From assembly GCA_038065495.1 (NCBI GenBank), contig JBBTQW010000001.1, positions 44,137 to 108,136 on the forward strand: DNA of 64,000 bases, given 5' to 3'. Position 1 is the first letter of the stretch; each line of letters opens with the position of its first letter. The notes beneath the pieces are model-generated. The model did no database searches and had not been told where the DNA came from. It saw only the letters and a list, made by a program, of their open reading frames with translations. Shown here one piece after another: positions 1 through 9,722 of this stretch. A program made the translations under genes and the position numbers. The DNA comes from Patescibacteria group bacterium (GTDB lineage: Bacteria > Patescibacteriota > Minisyncoccia > Phycocordibacterales > JACOZG01).

Positions 1-1
1 T

Positions 2-2485
2 ATAATCCACCACTCTTGTTTCCCCATTTTCGCCCAATTCTAATTTATCAATCTTGCCATTCAGTTTAATGTCACCCAAAAAAACGCCCCGCACGCTAAA
101 CTCATTCACTATTCTGTTTGGCCACTGATATTTATACCACTTCAAGTAACCACTCAAGGCTTTCTCGCCTTTCGTCAAACTAGCCGTAAAGTCAGACGGC
201 GAGAACGGTTGTTTCTCCAGATGATACTTAAACCGCGTCAGCAATTTTTCTTCTCGCCACTTCACATCTTCGCGGTATTGATCGAAAAATTCTTTGAGCG
301 TGCTGTGCACGGCTGTACCATAGAGCAAGTGCTTTTCTTGCACTTGCGTCAGTCGCAAAAGATTCTGGTAAAAATATTTGAGTGGACAGGACAGATAATT
401 ATTAAGATCTGTTACCGACATTCCTCTATCTAAGAATATTTTGTTGAGATAAGCTTTCTCGCTCAAACTAGATTTAATTACCGGCTTCATCTTCAGTGTT
501 TCAGCCGCTGAAATTTGCAAATCTTTTGGCTCTATAAATTCCACCAAGCTCTTGTCTATCTCTTCGATAAACTGACTAGCTAGTTGCGGTCGACCGTCCG
601 GCGTATGCTTAGCATAAGTGATACTCACGCTTTTTTTCGCCCTGGTAAGTGCAACATAAAATAATCTCCTTTCGCCATTCTCGTCTTCTGCTTCTTGTTT
701 GCTAAAGCTGCTACGCTTCCGCCGGTTACCGAAGTGGCCGTCGGTGGCGCCAATAATATACACGTGCTCGAATTCTAAACCTTTCGAGCGATGCGCCGTC
801 ATCAAGCGCACACCGCTCTGCGCGGCCAAGACAGTCTGATTCATGCCCAAGCTATGACGTTTTAACGTTTCTAAATAATCAATAAAATCGGCCAATCTAT
901 AATCGTGATGACTCCCCGCTAGTTCTCTGATTTCTTCATAAAAAGCTTGCACTTTGGCGAGCTTTTCTTCGGCTTGATCAGCTTTTAGCAAATAATTCAG
1001 CAAATTACTGTCTTCTAGCACGAGACTGAAAACGTCCAGCAAATTCTGATTATGGCCCGCACGATGCCACTTCTCTAACTTTTTATAAATCTCAACTAAT
1101 TCTTTATTTTTTGTTAACTTCAAATCCTGATAACTTTTTACTTTATAAACTTCCAGACTATCTAAACCCAAGAAATCTAAGCGCAAGAATCGCATCAGAA
1201 AGCTTTCAGAACCAAAGTGATGAATAGTCTCTAAAATCAAAATAATTTTGCTAATCGTGATGTCTTGCAAGAGATTAGTATTAGATTGCACCACAATCGC
1301 CACACTTTCTCGCTCCAGCGCGCGAGCAATGGCATCAGCATCAGCATTATCGCGATAAATCACGGCAATTTCGTCAGGACTTACTCCAGCTTTGATTTTC
1401 TCTTTAATCTCTTGCGCGAGAAAGTAATTTTCCAGATTAGTGTCACGCAGAGCGAGTACTTTAATTTTCTCAGGTAATAATTTATTCGCTGTTAATAATT
1501 TTCCCGAATCAATCAAGCTGTGCGCGGCGTCGAGAATAGTCTGATGCGAGCGATAGCTGTGCGTGAGCGAAATCAATTTCGCTTCTGGATAAAGCTTCTG
1601 GAAATAATTAAAATTGTCTAAGCTGGCACCTTGAAACTGGAAAATCGCCTGTTTCTCATCGCCCACGATAAACAAATTTGGACTCTGGTGAAAGTTAGAT
1701 AATAAAGCGAGCAGTTCATTTTGGCTCTGATTAGCATCTTGATGTTCGTCGGCCAGAATATAGAGAAACTCTTCTTGCAGTTTGCGCAAAAAGCTTTTTT
1801 TCTTTTTTAATACACTCAAGACTTCCATAATCATATCCGCAAAGTCGTACAGATTCTGCGCGCGCAACGCCTGCTCGTATTCGCGATAAATTAATGCCAG
1901 TTCTTGCTCTTTACTATTTTCTTCTACTTTATTCTCAGTAGATTTTAGATAATCAGTAAAATTAATATTATCTTTTTTTAAGCGCTCAATCTCGCTCAAC
2001 AAACTCGGCAAATAATAAAACGGTGCGCCATATGGTCGCAAAATTTTCAGCTTCAGTTTATCTTCCTGATCAGTGATGATTTTTTCTAAAATCTTGACCT
2101 GTGCCACGCGCGAGGCATTACTCGAGCCAATGATTCTGGGGAATTCTTCCGGATAATTCTGAATAATCTCATTACAGAAGCCGTGGAAAGTATTGATATT
2201 GACGCGATAACCCCGCGAGCCGATCAAACTCACCAAGCGCTCCCGCATGGAGTGCACGCCAGAATTGGTGAAAGTGAGCGCCAAGATGCCATCTGGCGGC
2301 GTATCAGTTTCGCGCAAGATATTCGCAATCCGCAAAGTCAAAACCTGCGTCTTGCCTGTGCCCGGGCCAGCCACGACCATCACTGGGCCTTCGATCGTAT
2401 CCACGGCCTCCTTCTGCGCCGGATTAAGCTTGTTATAAGCCAGTGAGAATTTATCAGAAATTTTGTCGAGATGGCGGTCAGGCAT
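2..2485 (-). CDS. UvrD/PcrA-family ATP-dependent DNA helicase with C-terminal PD-(D/E)xK nuclease domain (runs off the left edge of the window)
   Basis: Absent from the ORF track; translated by hand from ATG 2485: MPDRHLDK...LNPAQKEAVDTIEGPVMVVAGPGTGKTQVLTLRIA (motif I), DEHQD (motif II), MTAHRSKGLEF, ERRLFYVALTRAK, and at the edge GKIDKLE...VVDY. Confidence 0.9.
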   Translation of the reverse strand, partial: MPDRHLDKISDKFSLAYNKLNPAQKEAVDTIEGPVMVVAGPGTGKTQVLTLRIANILRETDTPPDGILALTFTNSGVHSMRERLVSLIGSRGYRVNINTFHGFCNEIIQNYPEEFPRIIGSSNASRVAQVKILEKIITDQEDKLKLKILRPYGAPFYYLPSLLSEIERLKKDNINFTDYLKSTENKVEENSKEQELALIYREYEQALRAQNLYDFADMIMEVLSVLKKKKSFLRKLQEEFLYILADEHQDANQSQNELLALLSNFHQSPNLFIVGDEKQAIFQFQGASLDNFNYFQKLYPEAKLISLTHSYRSHQTILDAAHSLIDSGKLLTANKLLPEKIKVLALRDTNLENYFLAQEIKEKIKAGVSPDEIAVIYRDNADADAIARALERESVAIVVQSNTNLLQDITISKIILILETIHHFGSESFLMRFLRLDFLGLDSLEVYKVKSYQDLKLTKNKELVEIYKKLEKWHRAGHNQNLLDVFSLVLEDSNLLNYLLKADQAEEKLAKVQAFYEEIRELAGSHHDYRLADFIDYLETLKRHSLGMNQTVLAAQSGVRLMTAHRSKGLEFEHVYIIGATDGHFGNRRKRSSFSKQEAEDENGERRLFYVALTRAKKSVSITYAKHTPDGRPQLASQFIEEIDKSLVEFIEPKDLQISAAETLKMKPVIKSSLSEKAYLNKIFLDRGMSVTDLNNYLSCPLKYFYQNLLRLTQVQEKHLLYGTAVHSTLKEFFDQYREDVKWREEKLLTRFKYHLEKQPFSPSDFTASLTKGEKALSGYLKWYKYQWPNRIVNEFSVRGVFLGDIKLNGKIDKLELGENGETRVVDY

Positions 2486-2523
2486 GATGGCTAGATTATA
2501 GCAAATCTGCTAGAATGCCGATT

Positions 2524-2976
2524 ATGTTACACGAAAAAATCAAAAGTGAAGTGAAGCAAGCAATGCTGGAGAAGAATCAGGTCAAGCTGGGCGTGGTGCG
2601 GGGTCTGCTCGCCGCTTTTACGAATGAGTTAGTAAACTTAAAGCGCAAACCGGATGAGTTTCTCGATGACGAGACGGTAATATCAGTCATCAGGCGCGAA
2701 GCGAAAAAGCGCAAAGATTCTATTACGCAATTTGAGGCGGGCGGACGCGCCGATCTAGCTGATGCCGAAAAAGCGGAATTAGTTTTTATCGAAGTTTATT
2801 TGCCGCAACTCATGAGTCGCGATGAGATCAAAAAAATTGCGGAAAGTAAAAAAACAGAATTAGGCGTGAGTAGCAAGGCTGATGCTGGTAAATTTACTGG
2901 CGCGCTGATGAAGGAACTGAAAGGCAAGGCTGACGGCGGTGATGTGAAGGCCGTGGTGGACGAGTTATTGGCTTAA
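2524..2976 (+). CDS. yqeY: GatB/YqeY domain protein
   Basis: REAKKRKDSITQFEAGGRADLADAEKAEL...YLPQ, KGKADG; start moved to the ATG 7 nt after a TAGAAT -10 box. Confidence 0.85.
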   Translation: MLHEKIKSEVKQAMLEKNQVKLGVVRGLLAAFTNELVNLKRKPDEFLDDETVISVIRREAKKRKDSITQFEAGGRADLADAEKAELVFIEVYLPQLMSRDEIKKIAESKKTELGVSSKADAGKFTGALMKELKGKADGGDVKAVVDELLA

Positions 2977-3033
2977 TTTAAAATAAAAAAAAGAAACCCG
3001 CTCGCGATGCATGACACATCGGGAACGGGTTCT

Positions 3034-3738
3034 TCAGCCCACAAGCGCCAGGACGATGTCACCGGCCTCGTGCTTACCATAAGCTGGAAAGAAGAAAAGA
3101 TTGAGAATCTTCTTCGTGCTCCACTTACCCAGAGCCAAGATATACTCTGTCTTGTCTTCTGTGCCGTCAGCAATCCCGAGGAAGCGACCATTGAGCGGAC
3201 ACTCCCTGTGATAGCGACTCATGAACTTAAGCAAGTGAACCGCCCGTGCTGGCCGAGCACCACGGAGCGCAAGCCATCTAACAATCTCGTCATTGGTCAT
3301 GTCGTCTCGGTCTAAGATGAAGAGCCGACAAGACACAATCTGACCGGCCTCTACGGTGTATGAGAACTCTTTCTGAAGAAGCTCACACTGTGTCACTGCC
3401 CGAGGGGCCTCAATTCCTGAAATTGGCCAGTTCCTGGCTGCCGTCTCGCCCGAAGATAGGTCGAGATAGAAAAGCTGCTCCTGAATCACCTCGGTCCAGA
3501 GAACAATCTGATTAGCTGGTGATTCTTGGGCCGATACCGGCGTCACCGCCACTGGTGGTGACAGAAACAGAACTCTCGCCTCAACCTTCTTCATTGGCAG
3601 AGCCGGCTGGACTCGCCGACCGAGACCGGTCAGACGATGAAGCAACCGATGCATCGGTAACCCCAGCCAATGAGGCCAGTGCCGAATCGTTCGGCTAATC
3701 TTGGTCGCCAGAGAAGCAATCAGAACATTGGTCTGCAC
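3034..3738 (-). CDS. Orphan hypothetical protein (cassette type)
   Basis: 234-aa ORF, GTG start with a near-perfect SD (AAAGGAGGTGA); hairpin plus poly-T terminator at about 2983-3033. Confidence 0.6.
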   Translation of the reverse strand: MQTNVLIASLATKISRTIRHWPHWLGLPMHRLLHRLTGLGRRVQPALPMKKVEARVLFLSPPVAVTPVSAQESPANQIVLWTEVIQEQLFYLDLSSGETAARNWPISGIEAPRAVTQCELLQKEFSYTVEAGQIVSCRLFILDRDDMTNDEIVRWLALRGARPARAVHLLKFMSRYHRECPLNGRFLGIADGTEDKTEYILALGKWSTKKILNLFFFPAYGKHEAGDIVLALVG

Positions 3739-3788
3739 AAGTCACCTCCTTTCGGGAGAGTAAAAGACCAGTCCAATTCCAGCCTACT

Positions 3789-4580
3789 CTACTCTATCTC
3801 GTAACGCAAGGTCACAGACACACGCACTTCTTGCGAACCGGGCTGGATGCTTGGCGCTGGAGCGGCCGCCATACCAAGATCGCGACTCGCCTCCATGCTA
3901 TAAATTTTGGTCATTGGATAATCCATACCACCTTCGTCGATACCCAATAATTCTCCAAGCGAGAAACCGGCCGCTTTGGCAATTGACTTAGCCTTAACCT
4001 TGGCCTCCGCAATGGCTTGAGCGCGAGCTTCGTTCTCGGCTGTCACTGGATCATCAATCGTAAAGTCGAGTTGCGAGACCGAGTTAGCGCCTTGTTTGAT
4101 TACACCCGAGAGCGCCTCGCCGATTTTACTAAAATTATCTTGGCGCACTTTCACCGAAACTGTCTGACTAATGGAGTAGCCAACGATCTCTGGCGGCGGA
4201 CAAGTCTGATTGAAACCGTCTGGACGAAAACCGCAATTGGCCGTCTCATAGCGCGGTGAGAGATTGTAACTCTCGGTCTTAATATCTTTCTCATCTAGCC
4301 CCTGATCTTTTAAGAATTTGATGGCTTTATTAACTTTCTCAGTATTGCTTGTCTGCAGTTTGCTAATATCGGTATCGCCCTCGGTGATTACGCTAAACGT
4401 GAACTTAGCGACGTCTGGCACCACCACCACCTTGCCCTCACCACTAGCCGAGAAGCTGCGGAAAGAGGCTGGCTGGATGGAACGCGCATAAGCGCTCACA
4501 TAACGCCAAGCGGAAAAAGCCACTAATAAAATGCTAATAATCAAAACCCAGCCCAAATAATTCTTTAATTTTTCAGTCAT
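3789..4580 (-). CDS. SIMPL/DUF541 (26-kDa periplasmic immunogenic protein family)
   Basis: N-terminal TM, GEGKVVVVPDVA, AKVKAKSIAKAAG, PGSQEVRVSVTLRYEI; ATG 7 nt after TATAAT. Confidence 0.85.
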   Translation of the reverse strand: MTEKLKNYLGWVLIISILLVAFSAWRYVSAYARSIQPASFRSFSASGEGKVVVVPDVAKFTFSVITEGDTDISKLQTSNTEKVNKAIKFLKDQGLDEKDIKTESYNLSPRYETANCGFRPDGFNQTCPPPEIVGYSISQTVSVKVRQDNFSKIGEALSGVIKQGANSVSQLDFTIDDPVTAENEARAQAIAEAKVKAKSIAKAAGFSLGELLGIDEGGMDYPMTKIYSMEASRDLGMAAAPAPSIQPGSQEVRVSVTLRYEIE

Positions 4581-4588
4581 GTTCCACA

Positions 4589-5359
4589 TTATAGCTTTTT
4601 TACTTCTAAACACAAGAACAAGGGAAATTCATGTCTCGCGCTATTTTCTGCCTTTTGCCTTGGGCCAGATTCACTTTCGCGATGCGAGATCCACTCCTCT
4701 AATCTCGTGACCGCCAAGCCAGCACTAGCGATGAGCTTGAAATAATACTGCAACGGTCTATGAAAAGAAACTGTTTTCTCGCTGGCTGTCTGACTGCCCG
4801 GATGCATGAGGATTTCTGTCTTGCTCTCACTCATGTATTTATCCAGCCGACGAGCTTGCGTTTTCATTACATCATCCCAGAGCCAAGAACTAGCGCCAGC
4901 AATCCGGAACGCCGGATGGTTCAACACCAGAATTATTTTCCCTGACTTTTTCACTACTCTGTTTATTTCACTAAAAACTAATTTAATATTCTCAATATTT
5001 TGCACTGCCAGCACGCAGATTATTTTATCAAAACTGTTACTTTCTAAACTCGCTAAACTTTCTGCATTAGCAATAAGATATTTTATATTTTTGAAATTTT
5101 TACTATTTTCTTGCGCTAGTTTTACCAATTCAGAAGAAATATCAGCACCAACTATTTCTACTCCACCAACTCTCGCCATTTCGCGAGAGAAAAAACCCGA
5201 ACCACAAGCTAAGTCTAAAACTTTCTCGCCACTTTTTAAGTCCAGCAAGCGCAACAAATTTGGCAGAATTACTTGTTTCTGATAAGTGTCTGGATTCTGC
5301 TCGAGATGATCGTCGTACCAATCAGCGACATTGCCCCAAGAAGTGTTATTTTTTACCAT
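4589..5359 (-). CDS. Class I SAM-dependent methyltransferase
   Basis: VLDLACGSG motif I, GADIS, FHRPL. Confidence 0.85.
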   Translation of the reverse strand: MVKNNTSWGNVADWYDDHLEQNPDTYQKQVILPNLLRLLDLKSGEKVLDLACGSGFFSREMARVGGVEIVGADISSELVKLAQENSKNFKNIKYLIANAESLASLESNSFDKIICVLAVQNIENIKLVFSEINRVVKKSGKIILVLNHPAFRIAGASSWLWDDVMKTQARRLDKYMSESKTEILMHPGSQTASEKTVSFHRPLQYYFKLIASAGLAVTRLEEWISHRESESGPRQKAENSARHEFPLFLCLEVKKL

Positions 5360-5966
5360 GTTTTTTACGCCACCAGAAGAAGACGAGAATTGCGAGTAAA
5401 ATTATCAGTCCCAAATCTTCTAGTTTATTGAAATACTGACTGTATTTGTAGAAAGCGCCGCCGATTTGCCAGCCAAAGAAGCTCACCACGTAAGCGCGAA
5501 CCACGATACCAAAAAAAGTCAGTAAAATATATCTAGTCACTGGCAAGCGTGTGAGGCCAGAAAAGATATTAATCACCACGCTCGGGATTACTGGCACCAA
5601 GCGCAAGCCGAAGAACACCAACTCATCCGCCCGACCACGATGAAACCGGCCCTGCAACTGCTCGATCTCGAGCCAACTCACGCCCACATAGCGCCCCCAA
5701 CGCTCAATCGCCGGCTTGCCGAGGCGATAAGCCAAGCCGTAAGTGACCAGCGAGCCAAGCGTCAGCCCCAGCGCGACCGGGATAGCCACTTGAGTAAGTA
5801 GCGCGAGCAGAGAAGCGCCGGAGATAGCCTGCGCGCCGAGGATAAAAAATCCCGCCGAGAGCATCACTAATGCTGACGGAATCGGCACAATCACCTCTTC
5901 CGTAAAAGCCGCTAAGAAAGCGCCGAGCGCGCCATAATGCGTAATCCAATCAGCCAAGTGTTGCAT
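5346..5966 (-). CDS. DedA/VTT family membrane protein
   Basis: EEVIVPIPSALVMLSAGF, RLVPVIP; start moved to the ATG after TATAAT. Confidence 0.8.
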   Translation of the reverse strand: MQHLADWITHYGALGAFLAAFTEEVIVPIPSALVMLSAGFFILGAQAISGASLLALLTQVAIPVALGLTLGSLVTYGLAYRLGKPAIERWGRYVGVSWLEIEQLQGRFHRGRADELVFFGLRLVPVIPSVVINIFSGLTRLPVTRYILLTFFGIVVRAYVVSFFGWQIGGAFYKYSQYFNKLEDLGLIILLAILVFFWWRKKHGKK

Positions 5967-5998
5967 GAGAATGAGATTATAACACGATTTTAGACAAT

Positions 5999-6027
5999 CC
6001 TCCTTCGCCAAGGCTTCGGCGAGATAA
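5999..6027. repeat. Short REP-like palindromic element (copy 1)
   Basis: cctccttcgccaaggcttcggcgag, similar to ccgccttcgctagcgcttcggcggg at 37417. Confidence 0.5.
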
Positions 6028-6088
6028 AGAAAAAAGGCGCATCCAGTTGGACGCGCCCCACCACTTGCGTGGGTTTTCGATCTTTCAT

Positions 6089-6385
6089 TCATTGACTGCG
6101 AATGGTTGCTCCCTTAAACAACCAGCCCGTAAAGACTTCCACCGTCACCCGCTTGCCCACAGGATTGGTCGCCTCTGCGGTGAATCTGGCCGCATCGCTA
6201 TCACTACCTCCGCGGACGCCGATCGCGAACCACGAATGGTCAACAATTTTGATATCGCTGAAACCACTTGTCTCAAGTGCCTTGATTGCGACCTGATCGC
6301 TTACCGTGCACCCGCGACACGACATCAGCGCGACAAGGACAACGATTACGACAACAACGACAACACTGAACCTGTCGATATTCAC
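6089..6385 (-). CDS. Orphan small membrane/lipoprotein-like protein (cassette type)
   Basis: Hydrophobic N-terminus followed by MSCRGC; SD AAGGAG, TTGACA/TATAAT promoter, terminator at 6030-6057. Confidence 0.65.
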   Translation of the reverse strand: MNIDRFSVVVVVVIVVLVALMSCRGCTVSDQVAIKALETSGFSDIKIVDHSWFAIGVRGGSDSDAARFTAEATNPVGKRVTVEVFTGWLFKGATIRSQ

Positions 6386-6415
6386 GATTCTTCTCCTTCA
6401 GAAAAAGTGTTTTAC

Positions 6416-6486
6416 TTGTTTTCAAGGTCCTAGAACAATCTAGTGCCTTCCAACCTCCATTATAGCAAATGGGTAGAAATTGTCAA
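6416..6486 (-). promoter_or_regulatory. sigma70 promoter plus boxA-like leader element
   Basis: TTGACA(6486-6481)-N16-TATAAT(6464-6459); GGACCTTGAAAA in the leader. Confidence 0.65.
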
Positions 6487-6550
6487 GGAGCAAAAAAAGC
6501 CTTATTCTTAGGCCTCTTTTAGATCTCAATTTTCGAGTTTCTAACGGGAT

Positions 6551-7282
6551 TTATGATTCCAATGATTGCCCCAAGAACACTTTCTCCAATATCCCCCGCG
6601 CCAGCAAATCTGCTGGCACACCCTCCACCACCACTTTACCTTTATCCAGCACATAAGCCCTCGTAGCGATGCTCGCGAGCGATTGCAAATTATGCTCCAC
6701 CACCACAATCGCCATCTGCCGCGCTTCGTTAATTTCTTTTATTTTTGCAAAAACTTCTTTGACAATCTTTGGCGCCAAGCCCAAGCTCGGCTCATCTAAG
6801 AGCAAAATTTCTGGCTCGCACATCAAGCCGCGCGCAATTGCGAGCATCTGTTGCTGGCCACCAGAGAGGCTACCAGACTTGGCTTTTAATTTAGTCTTCA
6901 AAGCCGGGAAAAGTTCTAAAACACCAGCTAATCTCTCAGCAATTAACTTTTTATCCTTGACCTGCCAGGCGCCGAGCTCTAGATTCTCCGCCACGGTCAA
7001 GTGCCGGAACACGCGCCGGCCTTGCGGCACGAAGGCGATACCCCGCGCCGTCATCTGGTGTGAGACTGGCTGGATCGCCTGCCCGCGCCAGCGCACTGTG
7101 CCCGTATCGATTGGCGCCAGACCAAAGATCGCCTTGAGCACCGTGCTCTTGCCCGCGCCGTTCGGGCCCATCAGCGCCACAATCTCACCCTCATCAGCCG
7201 TCACGCTGGCACCATCCAGTGCCCGCACGCCGCCATAATGGACGTGAACACCAGCGAGTTGTAACAGAGTTTCGGTAGGCAT
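6551..7282 (-). CDS. livF: Branched-chain amino acid ABC transporter ATPase
   Basis: GPNGAGKS, VPQGRRVF, LSGGQQQMLAIARGLM, LLDEPSLGLAP. Confidence 0.9.
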   Translation of the reverse strand: MPTETLLQLAGVHVHYGGVRALDGASVTADEGEIVALMGPNGAGKSTVLKAIFGLAPIDTGTVRWRGQAIQPVSHQMTARGIAFVPQGRRVFRHLTVAENLELGAWQVKDKKLIAERLAGVLELFPALKTKLKAKSGSLSGGQQQMLAIARGLMCEPEILLLDEPSLGLAPKIVKEVFAKIKEINEARQMAIVVVEHNLQSLASIATRAYVLDKGKVVVEGVPADLLARGILEKVFLGQSLES

Positions 7283-7288
7283 TAGAAA

Positions 7289-8416
7289 CTATTCGTACGG
7301 GACATATTTACCATCACGAGCAACTTTTACGCTAGTTTGATCGTTAATGTCGCCGTTGTTGTCAAAATTGATCTGATACGATAAGCCGGGAAAATCAGAC
7401 AGGTCGTCTAATTGCTTCTTAATACATTCTCCAGAATAAGCGCTGTTCTGACAAGCTTCGCCAACAAACGAGAGAATCTTGATCGCATCGTAGTGACGCA
7501 AAGTGAGATAACTAAGAAAATCCTGACCGTAACTCTTCTGATATTCTTCGGCAAATTTAGCTGAGGTTTTATTAGTAGGAGCAGTCACTAGCAAGCCCTC
7601 GGCGGCAGATCCAGCTGTCGAAAATAACTCCGGAACATCACAGGGTTGCCCGCACATCATTGGCACTTTAATCCCCAACTCTTTGGCTTGTTTTAGGATC
7701 GTGCCAGCCTCACGATAGAGAGTAGCCAAGAAAATGCCATCCGGATTAGCCGCCTTGACCTTGGCCAGTTGCGCCCGATAATCCGACTGACCAGGAGCGG
7801 AACTTTCTTCCGCGACAATAGTGGCTCTATTGGCCGCATACTTCTTGAACGCGGCTAGAGCGCCAGTGCCATAGTCACTATTGAGATAAAGCACTGCGAT
7901 TTTCTTCTTACCAAGCTTATCGATAAGCACATCTGCCGTGAGTTCAGCCTCTTTATCCGCCGTACCCACAATGCGAAAAGCGTAATCATCCGGGGTCGAA
8001 TAAGCTGGAGCAGCTGTCAACGCGAGCATTGGAACTTGGTCTTGGTTAACGATCGGGATCAGAGGCATCGCGGCTGGACTGCCAAACACCACAACCACAT
8101 CCACCTTGTTTAACGTCCGCAGTTTATTGTAAGCACTTAGAGCCACTTTTGAATCATAAGCATTGTCCTCAAAAATCACTTCGACCTTCTTCCCTTCAGC
8201 TAGTAAATCTTTCACCGCCAATTCCACGCCCTGCTTGGCAAATTCCCCAGCACTAGCAATCGGTCCAGTCAGCGGCAAAATCGCGCCAATTTTAATTACC
8301 TTTTCAGTGGTAGGAGTGACTGGTGTTACTGAATCTTTCTTCACCAAACAAGAAATCCCCCAGATCACCAGAGCAATCACAACTATCCAGAGCACGATTT
8401 TTGTGGTTTTGTTCAT
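7289..8416 (-). CDS. LivK/LivJ-like substrate-binding protein (paralogue 1)
   Basis: N-terminal TM anchor, IKIGAILPLTG, FEDNAYD, FDNNGD. Confidence 0.85.
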   Translation of the reverse strand: MNKTTKIVLWIVVIALVIWGISCLVKKDSVTPVTPTTEKVIKIGAILPLTGPIASAGEFAKQGVELAVKDLLAEGKKVEVIFEDNAYDSKVALSAYNKLRTLNKVDVVVVFGSPAAMPLIPIVNQDQVPMLALTAAPAYSTPDDYAFRIVGTADKEAELTADVLIDKLGKKKIAVLYLNSDYGTGALAAFKKYAANRATIVAEESSAPGQSDYRAQLAKVKAANPDGIFLATLYREAGTILKQAKELGIKVPMMCGQPCDVPELFSTAGSAAEGLLVTAPTNKTSAKFAEEYQKSYGQDFLSYLTLRHYDAIKILSFVGEACQNSAYSGECIKKQLDDLSDFPGLSYQINFDNNGDINDQTSVKVARDGKYVPYE

Positions 8417-8505
8417 GAGTTTAAATTTGGCTTAAATTTTTAACAGCCAAATTCTAGCAAACTAGCGCCTATTAGCCAAGAGTCGAAGCAGAGTCTCGGT
8501 GGGCA

Positions 8506-9675
8506 TTAGTTATTCATCGGCAGAAATGTCTCCTTTCCGTCTATGACCTGCGTCAAAGCTAGAGCATATGTGGGTTTGTGATCTGAACCAAAAATGATTC
8601 GTCCAGCAACACCATCCCAAGTGGTTGCCCGCTTGAAATAATCTCGTAGACATTCAACCTCTTGATTGCCACAAGATTCGATAGCCGCCTTCAGACGGAA
8701 CGGCATATCGTAAACCAGTGCAATCAAATGGTTGTTAAATGCAATAGGACGACCATATTTCGCTTCGTAATTAGCCAGAAAATTTATTGCTACGGATTTT
8801 TCTCGGTCAAAGAGCCCGCCAAAAGCAAAGTGCTTTGGCGGCAAATAACCACCAGTAACTTCCATGATCTTCTTAGCACTAAAGGCGGCGTTAAAGGCTG
8901 TGGGCCTCTCCACACCCAACTCTTTAAGTTGCTTCACAATAAGGCCCATTGTTTCTGGTCCTTGAGTGCCGATCAAGATTCCATCAAAAGTATGTGTTTT
9001 TAACTTTTGAACGATTGTGCGGAAATCATTTACCCCCGGAGAAAAACTCTCATCAAAAACTACTACTCCCCCAGCAGCCTGAAAAGCGGTCTTAAAATTC
9101 TCAGAGAAATCTACCGCGAATTCTTTCTTCTCGGTGATAACAGCGATACTTTTGATATCTTGACCAAAAACATATTTAGCACCCTCTTGGGCATAATAGC
9201 TACTGGGCACAGAGTTACGAAAAACCCATTCCCCTTCATTGGGAATGTTCGATACTGACGTAAGATTGGCAAGGACCAAAACTTTGTCTACAGATGATTG
9301 TGGAGCGATTGTCATCGTCTCGGTCGAGCAATGACCACCCAAAATAACACTGACCTTATCGCTGTTAACCAGTTTTTGCCAGGCATTAATAGCCGACTTA
9401 CCGTCACATTTCCCATCTTCGACAATCATCTCAAATGACCGGCCCAGTACTCCACCACTGCTGTTAATTTCCTCGACCGCCAGAAGAATTGCATTCCTAG
9501 CATCCTCACCATAAATTGCCGCCGTCCCCGATAGTGGCGCAATCACCCCAATCTTAATCGGCTCGGCAGAAATAGCCGGAGCTGGGGCTGGCTCTGTTTT
9601 GCCGCTTTTGCTAACCCAAACCCCCAAGCCAATAACTACTAAAATAACCACAATCCAGCCGATGATTTTGTTCAT
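8506..9675 (-). CDS. LivK/LivJ-like substrate-binding protein (paralogue 2)
   Basis: IKIGVIAPLSG, EDGKCD, GGHCS. Confidence 0.85.
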   Translation of the reverse strand: MNKIIGWIVVILVVIGLGVWVSKSGKTEPAPAPAISAEPIKIGVIAPLSGTAAIYGEDARNAILLAVEEINSSGGVLGRSFEMIVEDGKCDGKSAINAWQKLVNSDKVSVILGGHCSTETMTIAPQSSVDKVLVLANLTSVSNIPNEGEWVFRNSVPSSYYAQEGAKYVFGQDIKSIAVITEKKEFAVDFSENFKTAFQAAGGVVVFDESFSPGVNDFRTIVQKLKTHTFDGILIGTQGPETMGLIVKQLKELGVERPTAFNAAFSAKKIMEVTGGYLPPKHFAFGGLFDREKSVAINFLANYEAKYGRPIAFNNHLIALVYDMPFRLKAAIESCGNQEVECLRDYFKRATTWDGVAGRIIFGSDHKPTYALALTQVIDGKETFLPMNN

Positions 9676-9722
9676 ATTTTATTTGTTAATTTCTAATTTA
9701 TCAAAATCCTAGCACAAGCTGA

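Noticed and set aside
209-2446. Plus-strand ORFs at 209, 1265, 2183 and 2247
   Set aside because: Antisense shadows of the minus-strand UvrD-nuclease gene.
5967-6092. N-terminal extension of the DedA ORF in the track
   Set aside because: It reads through a terminator and a REP-like element; a TATAAT box lies just before ATG 5966.
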